IMG/VR virus record: IMGVR_UViG_3300031851_000004
Coordinates: 35,271-99,270 of that record
DNA length: 64,000 nt
Source of the DNA: a virus
Direction: 5' to 3' (one strand)
Position numbers and translations under genes: made by a program. The notes under the pieces were generated by a model, which worked only from the letters and a program-made list of their open reading frames with translations, was not told the origin of the DNA and did no database searches. Shown in pieces: positions 19,331-28,270 of this stretch. Every line of letters begins with the position of its first letter. Position 1 is the first letter of the stretch.

Positions 19331-20501
19331 ACTTGAAAGGTTTAGTTTGCACTCAGCTCTTAAAGCTGGAAAACCATTTTTTAATGAGTGTTTTTTTCCC
19401 ATCACTTATGATAAATATATAACCTTTGAGGCTTCAGCTTTAACCCCAGCATTAGATTATAAAAATTGGCAGGAAGTTATTGATTTCATGAAGCCTTTCC
19501 TAGATAGAGCTGGCATAAAAATTATAAGATTAGGTCACGCCAAAAGCCCAGAAATAACTGGAGTCATTGATCATAGAGGAAAAGGGTTCAATCAAGACGC
19601 TTATATTATTAGCAAATCTTCGTTGCACTTAGGTTCAGAAAGGACTCTCTCTCTAACCGCTTATCATTTCAACGTGAAACAAGTCTGCCTTTTTTCCTCT
19701 TTTGAATCTAAACTTTATCCATTTAAGAAAAATAAATCTGATAAATTTATAGACTCAGATAAGAAGGGTAGGTTGCCTAGTTATTCTGAAATGGACACAG
19801 GGGAAACTGTAAACAACATATCGCCTTGTGTAATAGCCGAAAGAACTCTAAGTTCTCTTAAAATAAAAAATGACTTAGGAGAATTAAACCATATTTTCGC
19901 AGGAAAACTTTGTAATACAAAAACCATAGAGTTGGTTCCTGATTTCTCTCCAGATCCTAATTTTCTAAAAGGATCTTTGGTTAATTTGCGAGCTGATTTA
20001 GCCTTTGATGAGCAAAACATTTTTCAGTTTTCGCAGGGCAGGAGGCTGGGAATAATAACAGACAAAACCCTTTCAGTAGAACTTCTTAATGCCATAAAAG
20101 GCTCCGTTTCTAGAGTGTCGATAAATGCAGATGCTGGAATAGAAGAAAGTTTTATAAAAAATCTTAATGATTTGAATATAGCTTACGAAATTTTTGTAAG
20201 TAAAAAGGATATACTCTCTGAAATTAGGCTAAAATTTATAGATGAGATTATCGAGTACTATCCTAAGACAACTAAAAAAGACGTTGATTTTTCTATTGAT
20301 TCGAGTTACTCTAATTTAATCAATTCATCCAAAATATTAATATCTAAGGGAAAAAACTATGCAAGTAAAGCTCACTGGATTACAGGTAAAGAAATTAAAC
20401 CTGGCTTGCAAGAGTTTATAGATACTTCTGATTTTTGGGAAGACATTGATTTTATGAATATATACTCAATAAAACAAAATAATGGAAGTAAAAATAAGTA
20501 A
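19323..20501 (+). CDS. GT9 (heptosyltransferase)-like protein
   Basis: Y.NWQEVI, 'AYIISKSSLHLGSE....A....KQVCLF' resemble the GT9 C-terminal half. Confidence 0.55.
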   Translation: MNKLERFSLHSALKAGKPFFNECFFPITYDKYITFEASALTPALDYKNWQEVIDFMKPFLDRAGIKIIRLGHAKSPEITGVIDHRGKGFNQDAYIISKSSLHLGSERTLSLTAYHFNVKQVCLFSSFESKLYPFKKNKSDKFIDSDKKGRLPSYSEMDTGETVNNISPCVIAERTLSSLKIKNDLGELNHIFAGKLCNTKTIELVPDFSPDPNFLKGSLVNLRADLAFDEQNIFQFSQGRRLGIITDKTLSVELLNAIKGSVSRVSINADAGIEESFIKNLNDLNIAYEIFVSKKDILSEIRLKFIDEIIEYYPKTTKKDVDFSIDSSYSNLINSSKILISKGKNYASKAHWITGKEIKPGLQEFIDTSDFWEDIDFMNIYSIKQNNGSKNK

Positions 20502-21300
20502 AGATATTGAAGCTTCAATGAAAGAAGCTGTCGTAAAAATAAAAAGAAAAGTTAAGGGTTCTGGAGTTGGTCCAGATTTATACAAAAGAGACGAAAACGG
20601 CTTATTAGAAAATGTAGATTACATTTTTAATGATGACGGATCTGTTGATTGGAGGTCAATGATAAAAGATGAACACCTTTTCCCTAACAAAGGTTGGTTT
20701 GAGTCTAGAAAAAAATCAGTACCAAGATCGGTTGAGGGTTTAAAAGATTATCAATTGTTGATAAAATTAAGTGGAATAAAAGAGTTGGCTAGGTTAAGGG
20801 GTTTTGAAAGCGTTAGTTATTATTCTGACAAATGTGAACTCAATCATGTCGCTGTTTGTTGTACCATGACCTTTATAGGTAATTACGAAACAGGTGGCGG
20901 ATCTATTGTTTTTCAAGACATGGCTAATGCAACTCTAGAAAACACAAGCAGTTTTGCTACAAAATTCCTAGAGACAATCGCTTGCAATAGAGCATTCGTT
21001 AGATGCGTTAGAAATTTTCTTAATATACATATTGTTGGAGATGACGAGATAGATAAATCAGATTCGCTTCAGCCTGTGAAATTTGGATCAGAGTCTTTGT
21101 CGCCGCAGGGCATACTCAAAAACGAAGCCGCTTTGTCTGGTATTTCTAATTTTGAATCTTTCATAAATACATTAAGAGGTTGGCATCGTGATGAGGTTTT
21201 TAAGGTTCCTTCTTCGATTGATCCTTCGTCTTGGTCTGGTTATACCGACATACCGCCAAAGTATGCTAGAGAATTTTTAAAAATTTTAAAAAATAATTAA
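20482..21300 (+). CDS. putative Rad52/Sak-like single-strand annealing protein
   Basis: C-terminal helix A.NRA..R..R..L.I preceded by beta strands, typical of the Rad52 superfamily. Confidence 0.45.
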   Translation: MEVKISKDIEASMKEAVVKIKRKVKGSGVGPDLYKRDENGLLENVDYIFNDDGSVDWRSMIKDEHLFPNKGWFESRKKSVPRSVEGLKDYQLLIKLSGIKELARLRGFESVSYYSDKCELNHVAVCCTMTFIGNYETGGGSIVFQDMANATLENTSSFATKFLETIACNRAFVRCVRNFLNIHIVGDDEIDKSDSLQPVKFGSESLSPQGILKNEAALSGISNFESFINTLRGWHRDEVFKVPSSIDPSSWSGYTDIPPKYAREFLKILKNN

Positions 21301-21303
21301 TAC

Positions 21304-21867
21304 ATGTCTAATAATAAGTGTGGAAAAGGTTTTAATTTGTTAAAAAAAACCAAGACCTACTTAGTAGGTCACATGCAATACAAAAGCGGTAGGGATTGGA
21401 GGTCTGAAGTAACTAAAAGCCTTAACCCTATAGGAGTTACTTGCTTTGATCCGTATAAAAAACCATTTGTAAAAGACGTTGAAGAAGATGAAGATTCGAG
21501 GCGAGAGATGGAAATATGGATGGATACAAAACAATACGACAGGGTTTCTGATAAAATGAAAACCGTGAGATCTTATGATCTTAACTTAGTTGACAGATCT
21601 GATTTTATAATAGCTCATTTGGTTCCAGAAGTGGCTTCGTGGGGTTCCGCAGAAGAAATAGTGACTGCGGTTAAGATGAAAAAACCTATTTTCATAAGCA
21701 TGGAGGGTGGAAAATCAAAAACACCTCTTTGGATGCTTGGAATGCTACCGCATAAGTATATCTATAACAGCATAGATGAAATTGTAAAAATGCTTTTCGC
21801 TATAAATGAAGGTAGTAAGCCTATTGATTCTGACCGTTGGAGGTTATTGAGGGCAGAGTATAGATAG
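21304..21867 (+). CDS. nucleoside 2-deoxyribosyltransferase / nucleotide N-hydrolase-like protein
   Basis: YLVG.M..DWR, FDP, DL..VDRSD, S.GS..E..A..KP motifs. Confidence 0.75.
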   Translation: MSNNKCGKGFNLLKKTKTYLVGHMQYKSGRDWRSEVTKSLNPIGVTCFDPYKKPFVKDVEEDEDSRREMEIWMDTKQYDRVSDKMKTVRSYDLNLVDRSDFIIAHLVPEVASWGSAEEIVTAVKMKKPIFISMEGGKSKTPLWMLGMLPHKYIYNSIDEIVKMLFAINEGSKPIDSDRWRLLRAEYR

Positions 21868-22158
21868 CCTACTGATTATATCATTTAAATTATTATAATT
21901 TATAGATTCTATTCGTATGTTTGCTATTTCTTTTTTGGTTCTTATAGATATTCCGTATTCTGATTTGGGTTTTATGAAATCATATACAAAATCATAAGCT
22001 CCTGTATTTTTCAACCACTTATAATAGAAGTCTCTATATTCTTTTTTGCATTCCAAGAGCACTTGGCGACCCAATAAACAATTTGAATATAGAGTAATGT
22101 CTCTAAACAAGACCACCTCGCTAGGCGGTTCGCAAAGCTCTGCTTCTATTATTAACAA
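21844..22158 (-). CDS. hypothetical protein (HAD-like fragment possible)
   Basis: 104-aa ORF downstream of 22162-22359; start uncertain. Confidence 0.5.
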   Translation of the reverse strand: MLIIEAELCEPPSEVVLFRDITLYSNCLLGRQVLLECKKEYRDFYYKWLKNTGAYDFVYDFIKPKSEYGISIRTKKEIANIRIESINYNNLNDIISRLSILCPQ

Positions 22159-22161
22159 AAT

Positions 22162-22359
22162 TTAAACTTTTTGCCAGGTATTGTTTTCTTTCTTGAAATA
22201 TACAGCTTTTAATTCTGCATTTTCGCCTGTTAACGACCCCGAATCACATGTTGCTTTGAACATTTCTATCGCAGTCTCAGGGTTTAAGGCTTTATAATAT
22301 CTGGAGCTATGGGTTATTGATTTTTTGTTTTCTAATAGATAATCTACTTTATACGTCAT
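22162..22359 (-). CDS. small hypothetical protein
   Basis: Preceded by GTGTAA at 22376-22371 on the minus strand. Confidence 0.55.
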   Translation of the reverse strand: MTYKVDYLLENKKSITHSSRYYKALNPETAIEMFKATCDSGSLTGENAELKAVYFKKENNTWQKV

Positions 22360-22452
22360 TATTAATTATATTACACTTCTTATCGTCTTTTAAAAAACTT
22401 ATTGCTTTTTTTTAAAACTACTGTAATCTATATTAGATCTTTGAAAATTTAT

Positions 22453-22873
22453 GGGGGTGTTCTGGATTCGACTAAAGTTAGATTCTTGCACCGCAAGTCG
22501 GAGACGCACTTGGCTCCGCAAAAAAGTGCAACTTGTACATGGCAAGACTAAAAATCGTGTTAGAGCTTTAAGTTTCAAGAGCCGCATCGCTTCCAAGCGT
22601 GTTGGTTTTAGAAGCCGCAAGCTCGCCTTAGCAGCTTAATCTGCTAACCTCTTACCTTTTGACGCAGATATTAAGGATAAGGGGTCATCAATCTGCAAAA
22701 ACAGAAAAAGTTTACCTGTTAATAAACTGTAGTCCGCTGAGTATTCGGAGGCAAATAATTGTAATAGGAAGTTGGATGTTAATATCACAACTTTAAAAAA
22801 AATTAACTAAACTTGTAGACGTGTCTGATTGAAGGCTATTAGGACGCGGGTTCAAATCCCGCCACCTCCACCA
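22453..22873 (+). ncRNA. ssrA: tmRNA (SsrA), tag (A)GKTKNRVRALSFKSRIASKRVGFRSRKLALAA
   Basis: GGGGGTG/CACCTCC-A-CCA acceptor with G3:U; GGATTCGAC 5' motif; T-arm GCGGGTTCAAATCCCGC; PK1 (GGAG/CTCC, GCACTT/AAGTGC); tag ending LALAA-TAA in hairpin TTAGCAG/CTGCTAA; three further pseudoknots. Confidence 0.97.
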
Positions 22874-22876
22874 TTT

Positions 22877-22945
22877 AAAGCAACCAAAAAACAAAACTGA
22901 TAAAAAATTCGGGATTTCTCGTTGAAGTTTCTTGGTTGCTTTTTT
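22877..22945 (+). terminator. inverted repeat plus T-tract after tmRNA
   Basis: AAAGCAACCAA...TTGGTTGCTTT followed by T-run; unusually large loop of about 44 nt. Confidence 0.45.
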
Positions 22946-22969
22946 GTTGCATAATACATATATATAATA

Positions 22970-23149
22970 GTGAAAAATTTTGACAAAAAGTATTTGCTAA
23001 AGATGGCTGAAGAGCTTATAGAACTTGCTTGTAGAATACTACAGCATGTAAATAAAACAAAAGACTATTCTGAAAAAATTTTGGAAGAGGTTGATGATGT
23101 CAAGTTCAGAATTTCCGAATTTGAAAAAAAAATTTCCGAATCAAAGTAA
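22970..23149 (+). CDS. small hypothetical protein, 59 aa
   Basis: GTG-start ORF filling the gap before GT2. Confidence 0.45.
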   Translation: MKNFDKKYLLKMAEELIELACRILQHVNKTKDYSEKILEEVDDVKFRISEFEKKISESK

Positions 23150-23167
23150 ACATAAGTTCGAATCTTC

Positions 23168-24040
23168 ATGACGCACCATAACAGTTCTATAACTATAGCT
23201 ATATGTACGCGCGATAACCCAGAGTACATAAAACATTTGGTTGAAGATTTAAAAAACCAATCAGATAAAGATTTCGAACTAATCATTCAAAATAATGGCT
23301 TAAAGATAGATGTGGATTTGTCTGGATTCAATAATGCAATTTTTTTAAATAAAAAGTGTTTTGGTCTTTCTGAATCAAGGAATTTATGTGTTAATTCGTG
23401 CAAGACAGAATATATTCATTTTCTTGACGATGATTTAACGATTAAAAAAGATTTCACAAGCTCATTAAAAGGCTTTGTGGCGAAAAATCCCAATGTTTCT
23501 GCTGCGGGGGGAAAGGTTCTACCAGATTGGACTTATGTTGATCGACCAAGTTGGGTAACTAATAATTGTTTGGTTTTGCTTTCTATGCTTGATTTTGGTC
23601 CTGAAAAAAAACGCTTAGGAAGCGAGGTGTCTTGGCTTGTTGGAGCTAATCTATTAATAAAAACAAAAAAAATAATAGATTATGGTTTTTTTAAGCCTTA
23701 CTTGGGTAGAATAGGAGGCAACGAATCTCTTCTCGGCTCAGAAGAGAACGAGCTTCTTCATAGAATAGCTAAGGATGAAGACGTGTTTTACTGCCCAGAC
23801 TTCACGGTGCATCATTATGTCTCGCCTAATCAATTAAACAGAAAATGGTTTGTGAAAAGGGTTGCTTGGCAAGCTGTTTCAGACATGTTATCAAATCAAA
23901 ATTGGCTGTCATCTCTTCCAGATCAAGAAGAAAGGTTTTTAAGATCTATAAATTGTATAAAAAATGATAACTCTAATATAGATGAACTTCTACACTCTGT
24001 ACATTTCTTAACTCATAATCTTTTAAAAGGCGATGGTTAA
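23168..24040 (+). CDS. glycosyltransferase family 2
   Basis: IAICT.D, GLSESRN, FLDDD, GANL and EE.EL motifs. Confidence 0.88.
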   Translation: MTHHNSSITIAICTRDNPEYIKHLVEDLKNQSDKDFELIIQNNGLKIDVDLSGFNNAIFLNKKCFGLSESRNLCVNSCKTEYIHFLDDDLTIKKDFTSSLKGFVAKNPNVSAAGGKVLPDWTYVDRPSWVTNNCLVLLSMLDFGPEKKRLGSEVSWLVGANLLIKTKKIIDYGFFKPYLGRIGGNESLLGSEENELLHRIAKDEDVFYCPDFTVHHYVSPNQLNRKWFVKRVAWQAVSDMLSNQNWLSSLPDQEERFLRSINCIKNDNSNIDELLHSVHFLTHNLLKGDG

Positions 24041-24929
24041 AAATTTAATTTTATGTTTTAGGCATGAGGCTTTAGTTAATGGAAGCTTACAGCCCACTTT
24101 TTGTGGCATGGGGGATATTATAAGAGGGTTCGTGCATTGCTTTCTCTTATGCGAGAGTTTGGGGATAAAATTTCATATAAATTTTGACGATCACTCGTTA
24201 AGCAAATTCATGAATCCATCTTGTTTTTCTTTTGAGGGTATTGTCCCTGATGAAATTCTTTTTGTGGAGGGGTCTGAATTAAACACTTTAGTACATAATT
24301 CAACCGAAAAAAACTTATATTTAATGACTAATGGGGATTTTTCATTAAAATTTATAGCAAAAGATAGCCTCTCCTCTGCATTTGAATATATATTTCTTTC
24401 AGACTGTAATGTTTTAAATTTTGTAAAATCTAATTTCAATTTCTCTGGAAAAACCCTTCATGCTAGGTTCGGAGACGGAATGATGGTCGATAGTAAATTT
24501 ATTGACGACTTTTATTTGAAATACTCCACCCACCCTTTTTCGCCTTCTTCTTGGTTTAAAATATTGCCAGATTCAAGCAAATATAAAATAGTTTACAAAG
24601 GTTTTGAGGGTTCAATTTCTAGTTTCGACTTTGTTTCTTCGGATCATTTGAGTTTTAAATATTTTTTAAAAAATAAAATCGATATAGACTTTATAGATTC
24701 ACCGCCTTGTCACTTGGGCATGCAGAACTTAGATCAAGCTGATATTTTTTACACATTATGTGATTTTTATTTAATTTACTATTCTAAAATAGTTGTTAGT
24801 GTCGGGTCATATCCATTTGGAAATAGACCATCTGGCTTCGCTTTTTGGTGCCACTTTTTTAATAAAAACGACTGTTCTTTTTACTCTTTTGACTCCTTCA
24901 GGTCTGAAATAAAGCTTTTAGAACTTTAA
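24033..24929 (+). CDS. fucosyltransferase-like protein (NodZ/GT23/GT11-type)
   Basis: GMGDIIRG, LHARFGD, SSD, DFY..S and SGFA motifs. Confidence 0.6.
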   Translation: MVKNLILCFRHEALVNGSLQPTFCGMGDIIRGFVHCFLLCESLGIKFHINFDDHSLSKFMNPSCFSFEGIVPDEILFVEGSELNTLVHNSTEKNLYLMTNGDFSLKFIAKDSLSSAFEYIFLSDCNVLNFVKSNFNFSGKTLHARFGDGMMVDSKFIDDFYLKYSTHPFSPSSWFKILPDSSKYKIVYKGFEGSISSFDFVSSDHLSFKYFLKNKIDIDFIDSPPCHLGMQNLDQADIFYTLCDFYLIYYSKIVVSVGSYPFGNRPSGFAFWCHFFNKNDCSFYSFDSFRSEIKLLEL

Positions 24930-24951
24930 TGGTTATGTCTTATTATATATA

Positions 24952-25560
24952 ATGTTTGACGAAGGGAAGAAATATATATTTACGCACCCCCCGAAGTGCG
25001 CTGGAGCTAGCATTGCAATAGGGATAGGTTTATGGAAGCATCAGGGTGGTGAAATGTTTAAAAGATATAAAAACTTATTACATAGATCTTTGACTGAAAA
25101 TATAATTGAAATAGAAAAGTTAAACCTAAATTATGAAGATTTTTTTAAGTTTAGTTTGGTTAGAAATCCGTGGGATCGATTCGTTTCTCGATATTTCTTT
25201 GAATTAACTCATAATTTAGATTTTTATAAAAAAAATAATTTAGATACTTTTGATGAATTTGTTAAATCACAGTATGATAAGTTTAAATCTAAAGGCGACA
25301 GGGGTTTTCTAAAAATAGAACCATTCTATTATCATAATGGTAAATATTGCATGGATTTCATAGTGAAACAAGAAAATTTTGAGAATGATTTCCTTCATGT
25401 TTGCGGCAAAATAGATATTAAAGACCCAGAAATAACTCGTTATGATCAGGGAACGAAACGAATTAGCCGTGATTACAAAAACATGTATAATCTGGAAACA
25501 AAAAAAATGATTGAAGACATGGGTTCAGATTCAATAGAGATGTTTGAGTACTCTTTTTAA
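24952..25560 (+). CDS. sulfotransferase family 2
   Basis: HPPKCAGASI (5'-PSB) and VRNPWDRFVS (3'-PB) motifs. Confidence 0.85.
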   Translation: MFDEGKKYIFTHPPKCAGASIAIGIGLWKHQGGEMFKRYKNLLHRSLTENIIEIEKLNLNYEDFFKFSLVRNPWDRFVSRYFFELTHNLDFYKKNNLDTFDEFVKSQYDKFKSKGDRGFLKIEPFYYHNGKYCMDFIVKQENFENDFLHVCGKIDIKDPEITRYDQGTKRISRDYKNMYNLETKKMIEDMGSDSIEMFEYSF

Positions 25561-26414
25561 TGAAAAATATACTTTTTTACGGGAATTGTCAATTAGGAAT
25601 ATTGTGCGAAAGATATTTACTCAAAAACGAAGAGTTTAAATCTAAATATAATGTATTAAAGCCTGAAAGTTTCGGGATTAATCTTGATTATGACTGGGAG
25701 AGATTTCAATTCTTTCCAGAAACAGTATTTAAAAGTAATTTAGTTAATTTTAAGAAGGCTTTAGACTCTTCTGATATTATTATATTTCATGAAATTAAAT
25801 CAGATAATTTTCCAAGAGAGTTGTGTACGGAAAATATTGTTAATGAACATAATAAGAAAAGCTTATGTCTTACTAACTTTTGGTTTGATCCGTACAATCA
25901 AGCCAACGAAATCATAGAACATCTATACGATAATAAAATAGCCGAAACCCCAAGCTCTATATTAGATTTCCTATATAATGGTTTTGATCTTTTTGTTGAA
26001 GACCTCGTGAAAGAAGAGTATAAAAAATCAATAGAAGAGTTAAAAAATAGAGAATCTCGCCAAAACTTTGTATATTCAAAAATTTTAAGTTCTGTAAAAT
26101 TTATTGAGAACAACTGGAAAAAACTTTTATTAACCGAAAATAATTTCCCGCATCCCTCTTTCGAGTATTTTAACAATTTATCTTTATTGGTGTTAAATGA
26201 GTTGGGGATAAACTCTTTTAAACAGCTTCAAGACCCCAGACCTCTTGGTCACAAAAGATGGAATCCATTTAATCTTTATGATTTAAATTATTTCAAAAAA
26301 CTCTTTCCTGATATAAAAAAACATAATAGAATAGATGCCTATAAAGAAGATGTTATCCTTGATTATATATCAAAACAGATTAAAAAAGAGTGGAAACCAA
26401 AAGCTTTTAATTAA
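25560..26414 (+). CDS. WcbI-like polysaccharide modification protein
   Basis: YGNCQ N-terminal motif and later HP motif. Confidence 0.6.
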   Translation: MKNILFYGNCQLGILCERYLLKNEEFKSKYNVLKPESFGINLDYDWERFQFFPETVFKSNLVNFKKALDSSDIIIFHEIKSDNFPRELCTENIVNEHNKKSLCLTNFWFDPYNQANEIIEHLYDNKIAETPSSILDFLYNGFDLFVEDLVKEEYKKSIEELKNRESRQNFVYSKILSSVKFIENNWKKLLLTENNFPHPSFEYFNNLSLLVLNELGINSFKQLQDPRPLGHKRWNPFNLYDLNYFKKLFPDIKKHNRIDAYKEDVILDYISKQIKKEWKPKAFN

Positions 26415-26454
26415 AAACGTTGCTTTATTTAATATTTTTTTTATACTGAAATAA

Positions 26455-26964
26455 ATGTTTACCCATAAATACGACAAAAGGAATGCAGCTTCGATTGGGA
26501 ACAAGGCTGAGAGGATATTTATATGCCTAGCGGGCAACAGGGGATATAGGGTAAAACCATCCACAATACATGAAAATAAAATAAAAAGAGTAGATTATTA
26601 TTTAGAAAAAGATTCTCAAACAAAAGGTTTTGATGTAAAGTCCAGAAAGAAAGTATGCGCATATGATAAAGATTATAACGACGAATGGACTTGGGTTGAA
26701 TTTAAAACTGCTGATGGGTTTCATGGGTGGATGTACGGAGAGTCAGACTACATTGCATTTGAGAAAAAAGATTACTTCCTTGTTGTCAACACAATCTCCT
26801 TGCGTAATTTAGCCGAACACCTTATAGATAGAAATAAAGAATATGTCGGATCTTGCAAATATGCTAAATATAGAATATACCAGCGAAGAGATAATGAAGA
26901 AATATCTTTGATAAAAACTTCCGATATTAAAAAATTAAAAAGAACAGCTATTTGGAAAAAGTAA
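26455..26964 (+). CDS. PD-(D/E)XK-like nuclease
   Basis: G..AE..F, VDY, FDVKS, WVEF and GWMYG motifs. Confidence 0.6.
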   Translation: MFTHKYDKRNAASIGNKAERIFICLAGNRGYRVKPSTIHENKIKRVDYYLEKDSQTKGFDVKSRKKVCAYDKDYNDEWTWVEFKTADGFHGWMYGESDYIAFEKKDYFLVVNTISLRNLAEHLIDRNKEYVGSCKYAKYRIYQRRDNEEISLIKTSDIKKLKRTAIWKK

Positions 26965-27188
26965 TGGATTTTAACGAACAAACAGATGCATTTAGGTTTG
27001 ATTTAGACGATCTTACCAGAAGATATTTAGAAGAGTTTGATATTAACACTTTTACTTTGGTTGGAGCTTTGGAAGAAAAAAAACTAGAAATTCTTAATAT
27101 AATAAACATTATAGAGGACAAAAAGTCAGAATTATTAGGAGAAGACTGCGATTTTGAAGTAGATGACAATTTTTTTGACGAAGAATAA
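26952..27188 (+). CDS. small acidic hypothetical protein
   Basis: D/E-rich ORF; probable start at the second Met. Confidence 0.55.
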   Translation: MEKVMDFNEQTDAFRFDLDDLTRRYLEEFDINTFTLVGALEEKKLEILNIINIIEDKKSELLGEDCDFEVDDNFFDEE

Positions 27189-27210
27189 TTTTTAATTACA
27201 TAATTAAATC

Positions 27211-27858
27211 ATGAAAACAAAAACATACATTACGGCACTTTTGTGTCTAATTTCTAACGTCGCAATAGCAGGTTCTACCTCTATTGGCTATACATCTGAT
27301 TTTTTCAGAAGAGGGGCAATCCTTTCGGGTGAAGCTGTTCAAGCGTCAGCATCAGTCGGAGCAGATGTCGCTGGTTTTGATGCCTCCGTTGGAGCATCAA
27401 CAAACCAATCAGTCTCAGGAGGTTCTGATGCATATACCATTGAATTTGGTGCTTCTAAGCAATTAGGAGAGCTATTAAATGTTTATGTAGGTCTAGAGCA
27501 TTTTGAAGAACCAGCAGGGAATTCAGTTCTTGATGCAAGAGTTTCTCTTGGACTCGATACTGTTTTGTCTCCATCCGCAACTGTTTATAGGAATACTAGC
27601 GATGACCTATATACTTTTGAGTTGTCTGTAAAACACGGTTTAGATCTTGAGATTGCTGACATTTGTGTCCATGGTTTGTATGGCAACACAGATTCAAGTA
27701 CTTCTGTTAATGAAGATTATTACGGAATTGGGGCGATTGCCTCAAGATCTGTTTCTGAAAATGCAGAACTTTCCTTGTCTTACGATTATTATGATTCTGA
27801 TTTGATTGCCGATGGCGATGAATCTGTTGTGGGAATTTCTTTATCGGTTTCTTTCTAA
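27211..27858 (+). CDS. outer-membrane beta-barrel protein
   Basis: Signal peptide, alternating amphipathic strands, terminal ISLSVSF. Confidence 0.75.
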   Translation: MKTKTYITALLCLISNVAIAGSTSIGYTSDFFRRGAILSGEAVQASASVGADVAGFDASVGASTNQSVSGGSDAYTIEFGASKQLGELLNVYVGLEHFEEPAGNSVLDARVSLGLDTVLSPSATVYRNTSDDLYTFELSVKHGLDLEIADICVHGLYGNTDSSTSVNEDYYGIGAIASRSVSENAELSLSYDYYDSDLIADGDESVVGISLSVSF

Positions 27859-27891
27859 TTGATAGAAACTTTAACATAAAAATAAAACAAA

Positions 27892-28143
27892 ATGAACGAA
27901 GTAGTAAATAAAATTAAGTGTGCCGTTTGTGGCATTAGCGCCGTACTGGTTTCCGTAATTGGACTCCTGGTACTATCCCAAGTTGTCTTTGGAGCAGGTT
28001 CAGGTATCGATATAATCGGCAATCTCCAGGCGATTGTTGCTGGATTCGTAGGTCCAGGAGCGAGCCTCGCAGGTATCGTTACCCTTGTCTTGCTTGTTTC
28101 CGTTTTAGGAAAACAGGTTGATGGAAACTGCTCCAAGAAGTAG
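27892..28143 (+). CDS. small two-TM membrane protein
   Basis: Two hydrophobic helices; co-transcribed with the OMP. Confidence 0.7.
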   Translation: MNEVVNKIKCAVCGISAVLVSVIGLLVLSQVVFGAGSGIDIIGNLQAIVAGFVGPGASLAGIVTLVLLVSVLGKQVDGNCSKK

Positions 28144-28200
28144 AATTTCCTGTCGCAAGGTTGAAGGTTAATAGACTTTCTTATGTTCTATTAGCCATCT

Positions 28201-28231
28201 AACCCCCCTCGAAAGAGGGGGGTTTTTGTTT
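28201..28231 (+). terminator. rho-independent terminator
   Basis: AACCCCCCTC-GAAA-GAGGGGGGTT plus T-tract. Confidence 0.9.
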
Positions 28232-28270
28232 GGGTTGATTTTTGGCTGTTTTATTGTCATAATATAGTAT

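Noticed and set aside
22539-22571. Alternative tmRNA tag ARLKIVLEL from GCA 22542
   Set aside because: UA spacing fits GGC 22541, and only that frame ends in LALAA with its stop in the expected hairpin.
22399-22620. Minus-strand 73-aa ORF
   Set aside because: Antisense shadow of tmRNA.
22451-22639. 62-aa ORF MGVFWIRL...LALAA as a protein gene
   Set aside because: It is the tmRNA 5' domain plus tag frame; the ATG starts 2 nt outside the mature RNA.
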